A DNA stretch of 63,765 nucleotides, the filler included, from Lama guanicoe (lineage: Eukaryota): the NCBI GenBank assembly GCA_013239625.1. It is 88 parts of 88 records of this genome, joined end to end, with 100 filler letters (N's around TTAATTAATTAA, not from the genome) between each part and the next. Parts side by side here need not be neighbours in the genome. Positions count along the whole stretch, not along the records: positions 25,810 to 26,618 come from MU057318.1; positions 26,719 to 27,534 come from PNXV01026218.1; positions 27,635 to 28,102 come from MU057319.1; positions 28,203 to 28,682 come from PNXV01026250.1; positions 28,783 to 29,270 come from PNXV01026254.1; positions 29,371 to 30,267 come from PNXV01026256.1; positions 30,368 to 31,116 come from PNXV01026258.1; positions 31,217 to 32,123 come from MU057324.1; 80 more parts are not named here. One strand, written 5' to 3'. The stretch's first letter is position 1. Every line of letters starts with the position of its first letter. The notes under the pieces are model-generated. The model was not told where the DNA came from. It did no database searches and saw nothing but the letters and a program-made list of their open reading frames with translations. A program made the translations under genes and the position numbers. Below are positions 25,710 to 38,125 of this stretch, piece by piece.

Positions 25710-27269
25710 NNNNNNNNNNNNNNNNNNNNNNNNNNNNNNNNNNNNNNNNNNNNTTAATTAATTAANNNNNNNNNNNNNNNNNNNNNNNNNNNNNNNNNNN
25801 NNNNNNNNNAACGGGGCTGCAACCGCCCACTTGGGAGGCATGGATGTGAATGCAACACACAAGCAGTGCGGCAGACTGGTACCTGACACGGGGCCTGGCT
25901 AGTTTCCCACCGCTGCCCTTCTCCCCCTTTAAACTTGCACTGTTCCCCCTGGTAAGGGTGAAGACCCCGGAACAGACTGCCCGATTCTTCTGTGTATCCC
26001 CGGATACATACCTTACCCTTAGGAGGCCAGAAAAACAACNNNNNNNNNNNNNNNNNNNNNNNNNNNNNNNNNNNNNNNNNNNNNNNNNNNNNNNNNNNNN
26101 NNNNNNNNNNNNNNNNNNNNNNNNNNNNNNNNNNNNNNNNNNNNNNNNNNNNNNNNNNNNNNNNNNNNNNNNNNNNNNNNNNNNNNNNNNNNNNNNNNNN
26201 NNNNNNNNNNNNNNNNNNNNNNNNNNNNNNNNNNNNNNNNNNNNNNNNNNNNNNNNNNNNNNNNNNNNNNNNNNNNNNNNNNNNNNNNNNNNNNNNNNNN
26301 NNNNNNNNNNNNNNNNNNNNNNNNNNNNNNNNNNNNNNNNNNNNNNNNNNNNNNNNCCACAACCCTCCCTTCAGATTTCTTCCTGGGTGGCCCTGCCCAC
26401 CCCCCAGAACCTTAAGGATAAATGTCATTTCTCTGAAAATCGCAAACGCTGCTGACTGACACAGAAAAGCTGCATGGTCTGGGCTTTCCTCCAAACCAGG
26501 CACAGCCCTGCCATGCCTCAGCCACAGTCTGCACCTCTTGAGATGAGCTCATCCATTGCACAGCTGTGTACACAAGCTAAGAATCACGAATCCCAACGTG
26601 TATCTCTAGTCCGCCTACNNNNNNNNNNNNNNNNNNNNNNNNNNNNNNNNNNNNNNNNNNNNTTAATTAATTAANNNNNNNNNNNNNNNNNNNNNNNNNN
26701 NNNNNNNNNNNNNNNNNNGCTGCATGTGGCTGGGTGGTTCTCCCAGTGGTCTGTTCAGTGGTCATCTTCTGAAAAGACTAAGACAATTCAAATTCTGAAC
26801 TAGGAGGATGACCCATTTTATGTTCCCCCAATGCTTCTGGCAATTTGCCCCGTGTTTTGTTTGTTGTCTTCAATAGTCCTACCTTACTGCTGTTCAGGGA
26901 GACAAGAGAATATCATTTAGCAGGATGTTTAAAGTAGCTTTCTGTCAACTTACACCTGACAGAGGACAGTTTTTGCCCATTGGATACTGTTGTGCTTATA
27001 AATTTTAAGGAACGGCTGACTTTTTTTTTCTTTTTTTTGCCTTGTGGGATATTGCATTGATAGTGGGAGAAACTCTTACAACAGTGTGTACACTTGAAAT
27101 TAACATAGTAGCTATGTTAATGAATTCAAAACAGCTTAAATGAAAACAGTGTGAATTGTGTATATATATATACATATTAACGTATTAACTCATGTGTCCA
27201 TGGCTTTGATTAGGGTCTCAAAGCCGTTAACAGTTTTATAGATTTAACTTTTCTTTATTCTATCTGCAG

Positions 27270-27406
27270 AGCTCCAATAGCCATGATTCTTGTTCCAGTT
27301 TGTCAACTACTACTCCTCGGGTTTCTACATCACATTCTTTAAGGGCAGATTTGTGACTTATCAGGGAGATCTGGTGTATTGGCTGTGAAAATACAGAAAA
27401 GAAGAG
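27270..27406 (+). pseudogene. ANO6: Degraded anoctamin-6 (TMEM16F)-like exon, unprocessed pseudogene
   Basis: Polypyrimidine-cag acceptor at 27268-27269, gt at 27407; from 27287 reads [39 protein letters not shown] versus recalled ANO6 [43 protein letters not shown] at 27386-27388; 5' deletions. Confidence 0.88.
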
Positions 27407-27634
27407 GTGTGAATACAGCTTTGTGTTCTGACAGTCTAACTTGTTTCATGTTTTCTTTTAGTTGCCCAATGAATAGTGTCTTTAATCTCTGTTCCTTAGA
27501 CATTTTCACACATAAAATAATTACTTTATTTCATNNNNNNNNNNNNNNNNNNNNNNNNNNNNNNNNNNNNNNNNNNNNTTAATTAATTAANNNNNNNNNN
27601 NNNNNNNNNNNNNNNNNNNNNNNNNNNNNNNNNN

Positions 27635-28102
27635 AAATTCTAATTTCTGCATTCTGTATTCTACATTCTGTATTCTACATTCTGTATTCTGAATTCTGTA
27701 TTCTATATTCTATATCCTGTGTTCTGAATTCCATGTTATAAATTCTGGGTTCTGCCATGTGTATTGTATATTCTATATTCTGTGTTCTACATTCTGTATT
27801 CTACATTTTATATTCTGTATACCANNNNNNNNNNNNNNNNNNNNNNNNNNNNNNNNNNNNNNNNNNNNNNNNNNNNNNNNNNNNNNNNNNNNNNNNNNNN
27901 NNNNNNNNNNNNNNNNNNNNNNNNNNNNNNNNNNNNNNNNNNNNNNNNNNNNNNNNNNNNNNNNNNNNNNNNNNNNNNNNNNNNNNNNNNNNNNNNNNNN
28001 NNNTCTTATTTTTTTGTTTTCTGAATCAATGTTCTAAATTCTGGGTGCTGTTATCTTAATTCTATTTTTTATATTCTGTGTTCTACATTCTAAGTTCTAC
28101 AT
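27635..28102 (-). repeat. Heptamer satellite (family D)
   Basis: ATATTCT/GTATTCT periodicity. Confidence 0.93.
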
Positions 28103-29089
28103 NNNNNNNNNNNNNNNNNNNNNNNNNNNNNNNNNNNNNNNNNNNNTTAATTAATTAANNNNNNNNNNNNNNNNNNNNNNNNNNNNNNNNNNNNNNNNNN
28201 NNTGCGGGGCCAGTCACTTTCCACCTACTTCCTACCAGCTGGTGCAGAAACGATTCCTGGACCTGAAGGAGGAGTTGGGTGTGCCAGCACCCACCAGTCA
28301 CAGTGCACCCCATTTGGACTCAAGCACTCGTGAGTCTAATGTTGGCCAAGATGCCAGACACATGACCAAGACCCCCAGCTAGGGGTCAGTGATAAAGACA
28401 GCCCACCAGACATTGATTTTGAGGAACTTCTAAGGCACTACTGAGCAGACAGTGGCCTGTTCAGGACCAAAGGCTTTATTCTCTCTCCAGGACATCACGG
28501 TTTCCCTCCATTTCGGGCTGGACAGCCCCTCTCACACCCAGGCTCGAAAGCGCACTGCACGGAGCCTGGGACCCAGTGATGCCTCAGTTCTCAGAGAGAC
28601 GTCTCCTCCTAGGCAGGCCCCAGGGCCAAGGGATGGGTCCAGTGAGCACAAGGAGGAGCTCCACAGCCTGGCCTTCCTCTTGNNNNNNNNNNNNNNNNNN
28701 NNNNNNNNNNNNNNNNNNNNNNNNNNTTAATTAATTAANNNNNNNNNNNNNNNNNNNNNNNNNNNNNNNNNNNNNNNNNNNNGTGACCGGTCCACTGTGC
28801 ACCCCCTGGCGCCCTCCTCCCCGCTCCTCCTCCCCACTCCCCCTCCTTCTGCCCCGCTGGCTCAGCCCTGGTCCACCACATCCTCACCCACGGCCAGCAC
28901 TGCTGCAGGAACACCCTCGGCAGGCCGCCCAGCCTCACGCCCTGAGGTCCGCACACCTGGTTGGTGCAGCTCTGCCCCTTTCCAGACCTCACCACCGACT
29001 CTAAAACCGCCTGGCCTCCCGCCCTCCGCCCCCAGCCCTGCAGAGCGCCTCCTCTGCTCACGGCATCCTGCCCTCCAGGACCGACATGG

Positions 29090-29270
29090 CCTGCACACTC
29101 CTGGGCCTTGACACTCCTTTATCTGCACACTCCTGGGCATGCACACTCCTGTGTCTGCACATTCCCAGGCCTGCTCCCTCCTGAGCCTACAAACTCCTGG
29201 TCCTGCACACTCCTGGGCCAGCAACTCCTGGGTCTCCCCTCTCCTGGGCCTGCACACTCCTGTGTCTGCA
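29090..29270 (+). repeat. 16-bp GC-rich minisatellite (CCTGCACACTCCTGGG), ~11 degenerate units
   Basis: Repeated ctgcacactcctg(g/t)g at about 16-bp spacing. Confidence 0.85.
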
Positions 29271-30367
29271 NNNNNNNNNNNNNNNNNNNNNNNNNNNNNN
29301 NNNNNNNNNNNNNNTTAATTAATTAANNNNNNNNNNNNNNNNNNNNNNNNNNNNNNNNNNNNNNNNNNNNGTCGTGGGTTACGGAGAAAAGTAAGATCAG
29401 CCTGCTTCTCCGAGGAGCCATTGTCCCTCTACGGGAAGCAGTTGCGAGGCCCAGGCTCCCTCGCTGGCAGTCAGGGGCTGGGCAGGAAAGTCTGATAAGA
29501 GAAGATGGAGGCAGAGCCCCTCCGGGAACAGTGGTGGCCACACAGCTCTCAGTAGCGAGAGCCTCTGTGAAGGCTGCTGAGAGGGGAGTCCTCACGAGGC
29601 CAGTAGTCCCCCCAAACTAAGCCCTCAGGACAAAGATCCAGCCAACCCTAAGCCAGTCAATCCTCATCACTGTGCCTCTGTGCTCCTTTGTCCTGGGGCC
29701 TCTCTTCCCCCTACACCCAGAAGACTTTCCTCCCTCTCTTCTCTGAGTGTCCACTCACTTCACCTGTGGTCCCTGCTTCCTGGGTAATCATCTCTGGAGT
29801 TGACACTTTACCCCCTCACACACCCCCGTTTGATCAGGAGCCTGGATTGACCTCCTTGTGCTCACTTTCCACCTTCAGATCATTGCTCCTCCTCTCTTGG
29901 GAGCTCCTGGAAAACCCAGATCCTTTCCTAGAAGTGCCTGCCACCCTGGCCTCCCTGCTCCTCTGCCTCAGTCAGGAGCACCTGGACCACCAGCTCTGTA
30001 TTGCCTCACCTCCTACCATCAAGACATCAAAGTTGATTCTCCCTCCACCACCCAGTATGATCATTTTAGGGTCTTCTTCTCCGTCAGCCTGAGCCAGCCA
30101 CCCCCCATTCACCCTATCCCCAGGCTCATACCCGGGCTTGTCTCCTTCCAGGGTCAAGCCTCTCTCCTTGAAGTGCCCACCTCTAGCTGTCCGGCTGCTT
30201 CTCCACCAGCCTCCCTGACCCTCTTTCACCCTCACTGGGGCATCAAGCACTGACTCCTCTGCTTTCCNNNNNNNNNNNNNNNNNNNNNNNNNNNNNNNNN
30301 NNNNNNNNNNNTTAATTAATTAANNNNNNNNNNNNNNNNNNNNNNNNNNNNNNNNNNNNNNNNNNNN

Positions 30368-30930
30368 GTATAAAAATGTGGACAGTGCTTAGAAAACTAG
30401 TAATAGAATCATAATATGTTGCAGCAATTCCTCTTTTGGGTATAAATCTGAAATAAATGAAAACATTAACTTAAAGTATATATTACCCCCAAAGTTCTTA
30501 ACATCATCATTTATAGCAGCCAAGGATAGAAGCACAAATCAACTGCACATCAACAGATGATTGGCTGAAGTAGATGTTAGACATAGATAACATAATATAT
30601 ACTTAGTCATTGTAAATTAAAAAATAAAATTCCGCCATTTGGAACAATGTGAATGGACCCAGAAAGTGTTGCACATAGGAAAATAAGTCATACAGAGAAA
30701 AACAATCTACATTGTAACTTAAATGAGGAAAATAAAGATAAAAGAGAAATAATCATAAAAAAACAGAAACAGAATCACTTATATATGTGTACTTTACCAA
30801 GTAGTGGTTTCCTGTGGAGAAAGGGAAAAAGGATGGAGAAGACAGAAACGTGCAAGCTACTACTAATAAATTAGAGAACCAACAGGGCTATATTTAGAGC
30901 ATAGAGAAAAAGAAATATTTTAATAATTTA
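30368..30930 (+). mobile_element. Decayed LINE-1 ORF2 end/3'UTR
   Basis: gcagcaattcctcttttgggtata...catcaacagatgattgg...gccatttggaacaatgtgaatggacc. Confidence 0.8.
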
Positions 30931-31216
30931 ATTGATTTTAAAGAGATTATATAGATATATTTTAGTAAAATGTGCATGTAAGTGGGAAAAATATTGAAGA
31001 AAATAACCCAGTAAAATCAAATTATTTTGCAGTACTATGACTTTAAGGGAGGTGATTTGTTCACTTAATTTTGTGTTCTTATAATGTCCTTAGTAGAATT
31101 TAAGCTTTTAATTGAANNNNNNNNNNNNNNNNNNNNNNNNNNNNNNNNNNNNNNNNNNNNTTAATTAATTAANNNNNNNNNNNNNNNNNNNNNNNNNNNN
31201 NNNNNNNNNNNNNNNN

Positions 31217-32123
31217 ATCCCAGGGACAGAGGCTGCCTCCCCAAAGTCAGGGAAGTTATTTCTCGACTTCCCGTTCCGGGAACACCTGTGACTGAAGAGG
31301 GATGCGTGGAGTTGTCTCTCGAGATCCCCCACGCACTGACAATGTTTCCGGAATCCTGAGCGTGGGGAGGTTCCACCAACGGTCGGCAGCGCGTGGGTTC
31401 TAATGGAATGCCTAAGCTCGACACCCCAGGGTNNNNNNNNNNNNNNNNNNNNNNNNNNNNNNNNNNNNNNNNNNNNNNNNNNNNNNNNNNNNNNNNNNNN
31501 NNNNNNNNNNNNNNNNNNNNNNNNNNNNNNNNNNNNNNNNNNNNNNNNNNNNNNNNNNNNNNNNNNNNNNNNNNNNNNNNNNNNNNNNNNNNNNNNNNNN
31601 NNNNNNNNNNNNNNNNNNNNNNNNNNNNNNNNNNNNNNNNNNNNNNNNNNNNNNNNNNNNNNNNNNNNNNNNNNNNNNNNNNNNNNNNNNNNNNNNNNNN
31701 NNNNNNNNNNNNNNNNNNNNNNNNNNNNNNNNNNNNNNNNNNNNNNNNNNNNNNNNNNNNNNNNNNNNNNNNNNNNNNNNNNNNNNNNNNNNNNNNNNNN
31801 NNNNNNNNNNNNNNNNNNNNNNNNNNNNNNNNNNNNNTCCCCAGGCACTGACAATGGTTCCGGAATCCTGAGCGTGGGGAGGTTCCACCAACGGTTGGCA
31901 GCGCGTGGGTTCTAACGGAATGCCTAAGCTCGTCTCCCCTGGTTTTTTTCCTAATATCTCTGTGCCAGAGAATGCTAGGGCGGTTTGCAGGCTATCCCAG
32001 TGACAGAGGCTGCCTCCCCAAGGTCAGGGAAGTTATTTTTCGGACTTCCAATAACAGCGAACACCTGTGACTGTAGAGAGCTGCGTGTTGTTGTCTCTCG
32101 AGCTCCCCCACGCACTGACAATG
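31217..32123 (-). repeat. CpG-rich 267-bp satellite (family B)
   Basis: ggaatcctgagcgtggggaggttccaccaacgg monomers both sides of gap. Confidence 0.94.
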
Positions 32124-32724
32124 NNNNNNNNNNNNNNNNNNNNNNNNNNNNNNNNNNNNNNNNNNNNTTAATTAATTAANNNNNNNNNNNNNNNNNNNNN
32201 NNNNNNNNNNNNNNNNNNNNNNNTCTCAAGGGAAGGCTCGCTGTGGCCCAGAGCTACATGGGATAGGGTGAACCTCTAATTCTGGGACACATTATCATGG
32301 CACGCATTTCCCACAGCCCTGAAGTTCATGGAGAACGTGGCTTCATCAGTAACAAAGAAGACATTTATCAACTGTCTACTATTTTGTGTCATCTCTCAGT
32401 TGGCTGCCGGAGACAACATGTGTATAAGTATTGGATCTCCTTAGGCCNNNNNNNNNNNNNNNNNNNNNNNNNNNNNNNNNNNNNNNNNNNNNNNNNNNNN
32501 NNNNNNNNNNNNNNNNNNNNNNNNNNNNNNNNNNNNNNNNNNNNNNNNNNNNNNNNNNNNNNNNNNNNNNNNNNNNNNNNNNNNNNNNNNNNNNNNNNNN
32601 NNNNNNNNNNNNNNNNNNNNNNNNNNNNNNNNNNNNNNNNNNNNNNNNNNNNNNNNNNNNNNNNNNNNNNNNNNNNNNNNNNNNNNNNNNNNNNNNNNNN
32701 NNNNNNNNNNNNNNNNAGGTAAAC

Positions 32725-32845
32725 ACTTACATGATTTCTAATTCTCACAATTCTACAAAGCAGATACGAATGTCCCCGTCTCACAGACGAGGGAATATCT
32801 CAAACGAACTGACTCAGGCTCACATGGCTCAGTGGCAGCGCGTGC
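32725..32845 (-). mobile_element. MIR fragment
   Basis: taattctcacaa...ccccgtctcacagacgagggaa...ctcaggctcacatggctcagtggcag. Confidence 0.5.
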
Positions 32846-33051
32846 ACGCAAACCCAAGTCAAAAACTACACACATTCGTATATGTACCAAATCTCCTACC
32901 ACCAATTAACACACAGCCGCGGAGTCAACACTCAGGGAACTCAATACACTTCTCAGCTTTAAGGTGCTCCAGAGGCCGCTTCTAGCTGTTTTATAAAATC
33001 CCAGCTCACTGGTTTCTAACACTGGAAGAAAAGTCCAAGTTTTCCATTGTT

Positions 33052-33340
33052 TGCACAACAACTCTGAAATGTTCACAGTGACATAACGGAATAAAACTAA
33101 GATATAAGCAGAATAATTTTTCGAGGAAGACAGACATAATGGACATTGTGCTATTCTGAAGCATTAAGCAAAGAAATCAAAATAAAATAACTTTGTTTAA
33201 ACCTTCATTACAAATAGGTAAATTAAGACTGTAAGAAGGTGCAACAGGGCCACCTATGGCTAAAATGACCTTCCAGGTTGCCGGGAAACATGCAACACAA
33301 AAATTGCCTGTAGGATCAGAAACGAGAATCAGATAACTAA
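33052..33340 (+). repeat. Multi-copy segment, unidentified
   Basis: Colinear with reverse complement of 48109-48393. Confidence 0.85.
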
Positions 33341-34080
33341 AAGCTTATGTCGCACATACTGCACTTTGCTTCTGGGGAAGGATGGGGTGTTCAGTATTTT
33401 ATCTCATATTGCTAATACTCCTGAATATAAACAGAAGACATAGGCTCATNNNNNNNNNNNNNNNNNNNNNNNNNNNNNNNNNNNNNNNNNNNNTTAATTA
33501 ATTAANNNNNNNNNNNNNNNNNNNNNNNNNNNNNNNNNNNNNNNNNNNNTTAAGACAGCATGGAGTCGTAACATTTTATGGGTGAGAATCCATGATGTAA
33601 CTTGGAGAAGAAACTGGGTCTTCTGCCATGTTGTCCACGCGGGTGAAGAGGCAACTGGGAGGGGATGGCAGGGATCCTTCTTGCTTGAATTCCATGGTCT
33701 TGCTAGTTTTCATTGCTCAGCTGCATTTAGTTTATGTCCATGAGGACTCTCATGGGAAGGTCACTCTGTCCTGATATATTGAGTTCCCACATTCCCACTC
33801 ATATTTCCCAGAGTTTTCTGCTGACCTGCTGACACTATATATAAATGAGACCTAAGAAATTACTCAATATAAAATCCTTACTGTTATCGTTTCCCCTCGA
33901 CTTTCATAGGAATGGGGTACAGTCTCAGGCCGTCTAAGGCTAGATCTGAATGAAGATAGGATGATAGGCTGTGCTGCTGGNNNNNNNNNNNNNNNNNNNN
34001 NNNNNNNNNNNNNNNNNNNNNNNNTTAATTAATTAANNNNNNNNNNNNNNNNNNNNNNNNNNNNNNNNNNNNNNNNNNNN

Positions 34081-34594
34081 ATACTGAATATAGAATTTAC
34101 AACATGGAATTCAGAACACAGAATTTAGATTATAGAATAAAGGATGCAGAAGCAAGAATATAGAAAATGGAATGCAGAACACAGAATTTAGAATATAGTA
34201 TACAGAATACTGAATATAGAATTTGGAATATAGAAGGAAAAACACAGAATATAAAATGGAGAATACGGAATGCAGATTACAGAATACAAATATAGAATGT
34301 AGAACACATAATATAAAATATGTAAAACAGAATATAAAACCCAGAATTTAGAACATGGAATGCAGAACCCAGAATTTAGAAAAAGAATACAGAACGTTGA
34401 ATATGGGATTTAGACTATAAAATGTAGAACACAGGATATAGAATATAGAATAGAGGATATAGAAACCAGAATTTAGAACATGGAATGGAGAACACAGAAA
34501 TTAGAATGAATTAGAATGTAGAATATGGAATACTGAATATAGAAATTAGAGTATAGGATATAGAACACAAAATATAGAATACATAATACGGAAT
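34081..34594 (+). repeat. Heptamer satellite (family D)
   Basis: AGAATAT periodicity. Confidence 0.95.
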
Positions 34595-34694
34595 NNNNNN
34601 NNNNNNNNNNNNNNNNNNNNNNNNNNNNNNNNNNNNNNTTAATTAATTAANNNNNNNNNNNNNNNNNNNNNNNNNNNNNNNNNNNNNNNNNNNN

Positions 34695-35559
34695 TGTTTT
34701 CCATATTCTATATTCTGTGTTGTACCTTCTATATTCTGTATTCTATATTCTGCATTCCGTATTGTACATTCCCTATTCTGTGTTTTACATTCTATATTCA
34801 AAATTTTATATTCAGTATTCTGTATTCTGTATTCTAATCTCTGTGTTGTGCATTCCATGTTCTAAATTCTAGTTTCTGTATTCTGTTTTCCATATTCTAC
34901 ATTCTGTGTTCTACATTCTATATTCTGTATTCAATATTAGACATTCCGTATTCTGCATTCCATATTCTGTGTTCTATATTGTATTTTCTAAATTCAATAT
35001 TAAGTATTCTGTATTTTATATTCCAAATTCTGTGATCTACATTCCATGTTATAAATTCTGGGTTATATAATCTCTATTGTTTATTCTACATTTTGTGTTC
35101 ATCATTCTATACTCTATATACTTTATTCTGCATTCCGTAGTCTATATTCTATATTCTGTGTTCTACATTCTATATTTTAAATTATATATTCAGTATTCTG
35201 TATTCTATATACTATATTCTGTGTTCTGCATTCCATGTTCTAAATTCTGGGTTCTATATTCTCTTTTCTATATTTTGTGCTCATTATTCTATATTCTATA
35301 TTCTATATTCTGCATTCCGTAGTCTATATTCTATATTCTGTGTTCTTCATTCTATATTCTAAATTCTATATTCAGTANNNNNNNNNNNNNNNNNNNNNNN
35401 NNNNNNNNNNNNNNNNNNNNNNNNNNNNNNNNNNNNNNNNTCTATATTCTGTATATTCTAAATTCTGTGTTCTACATTCCGTATTCTGTGTTCTTCATTC
35501 TATATTCTACATTTTATATTTAGTATTCTGTAGTATATACTCTAAATTCTGTGTTCTGC
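34695..35559 (-). repeat. Heptamer satellite (family D)
   Basis: ATATTCT periodicity; 35221-35377 nearly identical to 56878-57034. Confidence 0.95.
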
Positions 35560-35659
35560 NNNNNNNNNNNNNNNNNNNNNNNNNNNNNNNNNNNNNNNNN
35601 NNNTTAATTAATTAANNNNNNNNNNNNNNNNNNNNNNNNNNNNNNNNNNNNNNNNNNNN

Positions 35660-36553
35660 ATTAGCGAGTTCCTAACTTTTGGCAGTGGAGGTGGTTAAAG
35701 TATATCCCAATCGTGGGAACACCTGTGCCCTCATAAAGATTTGTGGACTCAGTTTCCCTCCTCCAGAACACACACGATATCTGGCTCAGATGTTTTGAGT
35801 GTGGGGAGGTTCCTCCAACTAACAGCAGCGCCTGGGTTCTAATACAATACATTTACTTGTCTTGAATAATGGCTTGCCAAGGGCAGTGTGCGGGGGAAAT
35901 TGGGGGTTGGGCTGTAAATGCAAGTATTAGCGAGTGCTTCTCCATGGCAAGAGGAAATTAGTCACCAAAATCCCACAACCTGGGAATACCTGTGCTCCTT
36001 GAAAAATGCGTGGACTCTGTTTCTCCACCTCCAGCACACACATGAAGAATTGTTCTGGTATCCTGAGTGTGGGGAGGCACCTCCCACTGACAGCAGCATC
36101 TGGGATCTACTAGGATCCCTTAGGTTATCTTCCCTGAGTGTTTTCCAAGGACGGGATGGGAGCGAAGGTGGGGGTTGGGCTCTAAAGCCAAGTAATAGCG
36201 AGTGCCACTCTATGGGCAGTGGAGGTTTTATAAGTACATTCCCTCCCGGGGAACACCTGTGCCCCCATAAAGTAGCGTGGACTATGTATCTCCAACAACA
36301 GCACACACACAAAGGCTTGTTCAGGTATCCTGAGTGTGGGGAGTCTCCTCCAACTGACAGCAGTGCCTGCGTTCTAATAGAATAACTCAGCTTGACTTCC
36401 CTAAGTTTTTTCCTAGACCTAGCAGTGAGCAATGGTGGGGAATGGGCTCTAAAGCCAAGAATAAGCGAGTGCATCTCTGTTTGCAGTGGAGGATTTGAAA
36501 CTTTTTCCCCAACCTTGGAACACCTGTGCCCCCATAAAGATGCCTGGACTCTG
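35660..36553 (-). repeat. CpG-depleted 267-bp satellite subfamily (family C)
   Basis: GAGTGTGGGG at 35797, 36065, 36332 (268, 267 bp). Confidence 0.9.
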
Positions 36554-36914
36554 NNNNNNNNNNNNNNNNNNNNNNNNNNNNNNNNNNNNNNNNNNNNTTA
36601 ATTAATTAANNNNNNNNNNNNNNNNNNNNNNNNNNNNNNNNNNNNNNNNNNNNTATATATATATATAAAATCTCAGCCAAAATATATTCTTCCAAACCTT
36701 CACAATGTAGAATAGTATGCAGCTGTGAAAAAGTGTGTCCATGAAAATACTTTGTGACATGTCCAAGTGTTATTCTGAAGATAGGCTTGAGAAAAAAATA
36801 ATATAAAAAATGATTTGCAATATACAAACAATGTACCCTTCTGAAGGAATTATGTCTATAGGTAGAAGCATTTTTCTTATTTTATTTTTTATTCATTTTC
36901 AGAGTTGGAGTCTT

Positions 36915-37100
36915 TTGATTGTAGGTGACAAAATCAATCTCCAATGTGTTTTAACAACAACCAAAAAATGGGGATGCATGGGATTTATTGGTTCCTGTAA
37001 ATCAAACCTCAGTTCTGAGGTCTGACTTCAGTCAAGGAGAGATACTGTAGCCCAGATGATGTCAAGAGCTGGTTTTGTCCTGTCATCATTCTGTGTCAAA
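36915..37100. mobile_element. MaLR LTR (MLT1-like) fragment
   Basis: gtgacaaaatcaatctccaa...gggatttattggttcctgtaa...tctgacttcag...cagatgatgtca resembles MLT1. Confidence 0.5.
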
Positions 37101-38125
37101 AGATGTCTCAGCATACTGCTTCTAGGCACTCAGCATCCCAGATCATCNNNNNNNNNNNNNNNNNNNNNNNNNNNNNNNNNNNNNNNNNNNNTTAATTAAT
37201 TAANNNNNNNNNNNNNNNNNNNNNNNNNNNNNNNNNNNNNNNNNNNNACGGCCCCACTTTGCCTCGGAAATACAGAGGAGCTCTTCTGGGCTGCCTGACC
37301 CCCACCTTCTGCTCTGTTTTCCCGTGTGTCTATCATGATATTCCTCGGGAAGAAGAGGGTGAGATGCCTTTGCCGACAGTTGGTCCCCCTTTGCTGTGGA
37401 GAGTGAGGGAAGCTGTTTCCCCCCGGCCTACGGCCTCGGGCCTTGAGTCTGGAGAGCGCTCATGGCGGTCCCACAGGTGACGGTCGGAGGACCTGGCACG
37501 TGCTGCCTGGCCCGCTGTGGAGGCGGTGCTCTGTGATTATTGAACTAACTTAAGATCAGATCCTACTTTCTGGTTGTTGGTACATTGGAGGAGAAGATGC
37601 TAGAGAATTGATAAAAAGAATGTCCAGATAAGCCCTGTGTGTGAGAGGCACAGGGTACCCAAGTTCCACCTGCGAAAGCCCACCTAGTGGGCTCTGGATG
37701 AATTTTCTGTTCCTCCCGGACATACCTCTATGGCTTAAGGAAGGGGCAAGGCATCTCGTGACCATGATCTGTACTTGTCCACACAGGGCCCTGTGATCTA
37801 CATGCCCGCACTCCCGTTCTGCTTCTTGGAGATGAGCTTGCATGTTTATGAGCCTGGGCACTGCTGAGGGCATAGCTGCCAGCACTGTGCTACACCGAGG
37901 CTGGCTCTGTTCATCTCTCATGTCACCTCCTGCTGAGGCCCCAGGCATTAGACAAGGTACGTGCATCAGTGCAACATAAGCAGCGACTACCATCTCCCCC
38001 TGGACAGGCTGGTGGGTGAGCAGTGNNNNNNNNNNNNNNNNNNNNNNNNNNNNNNNNNNNNNNNNNNNNTTAATTAATTAANNNNNNNNNNNNNNNNNNN
38101 NNNNNNNNNNNNNNNNNNNNNNNNN

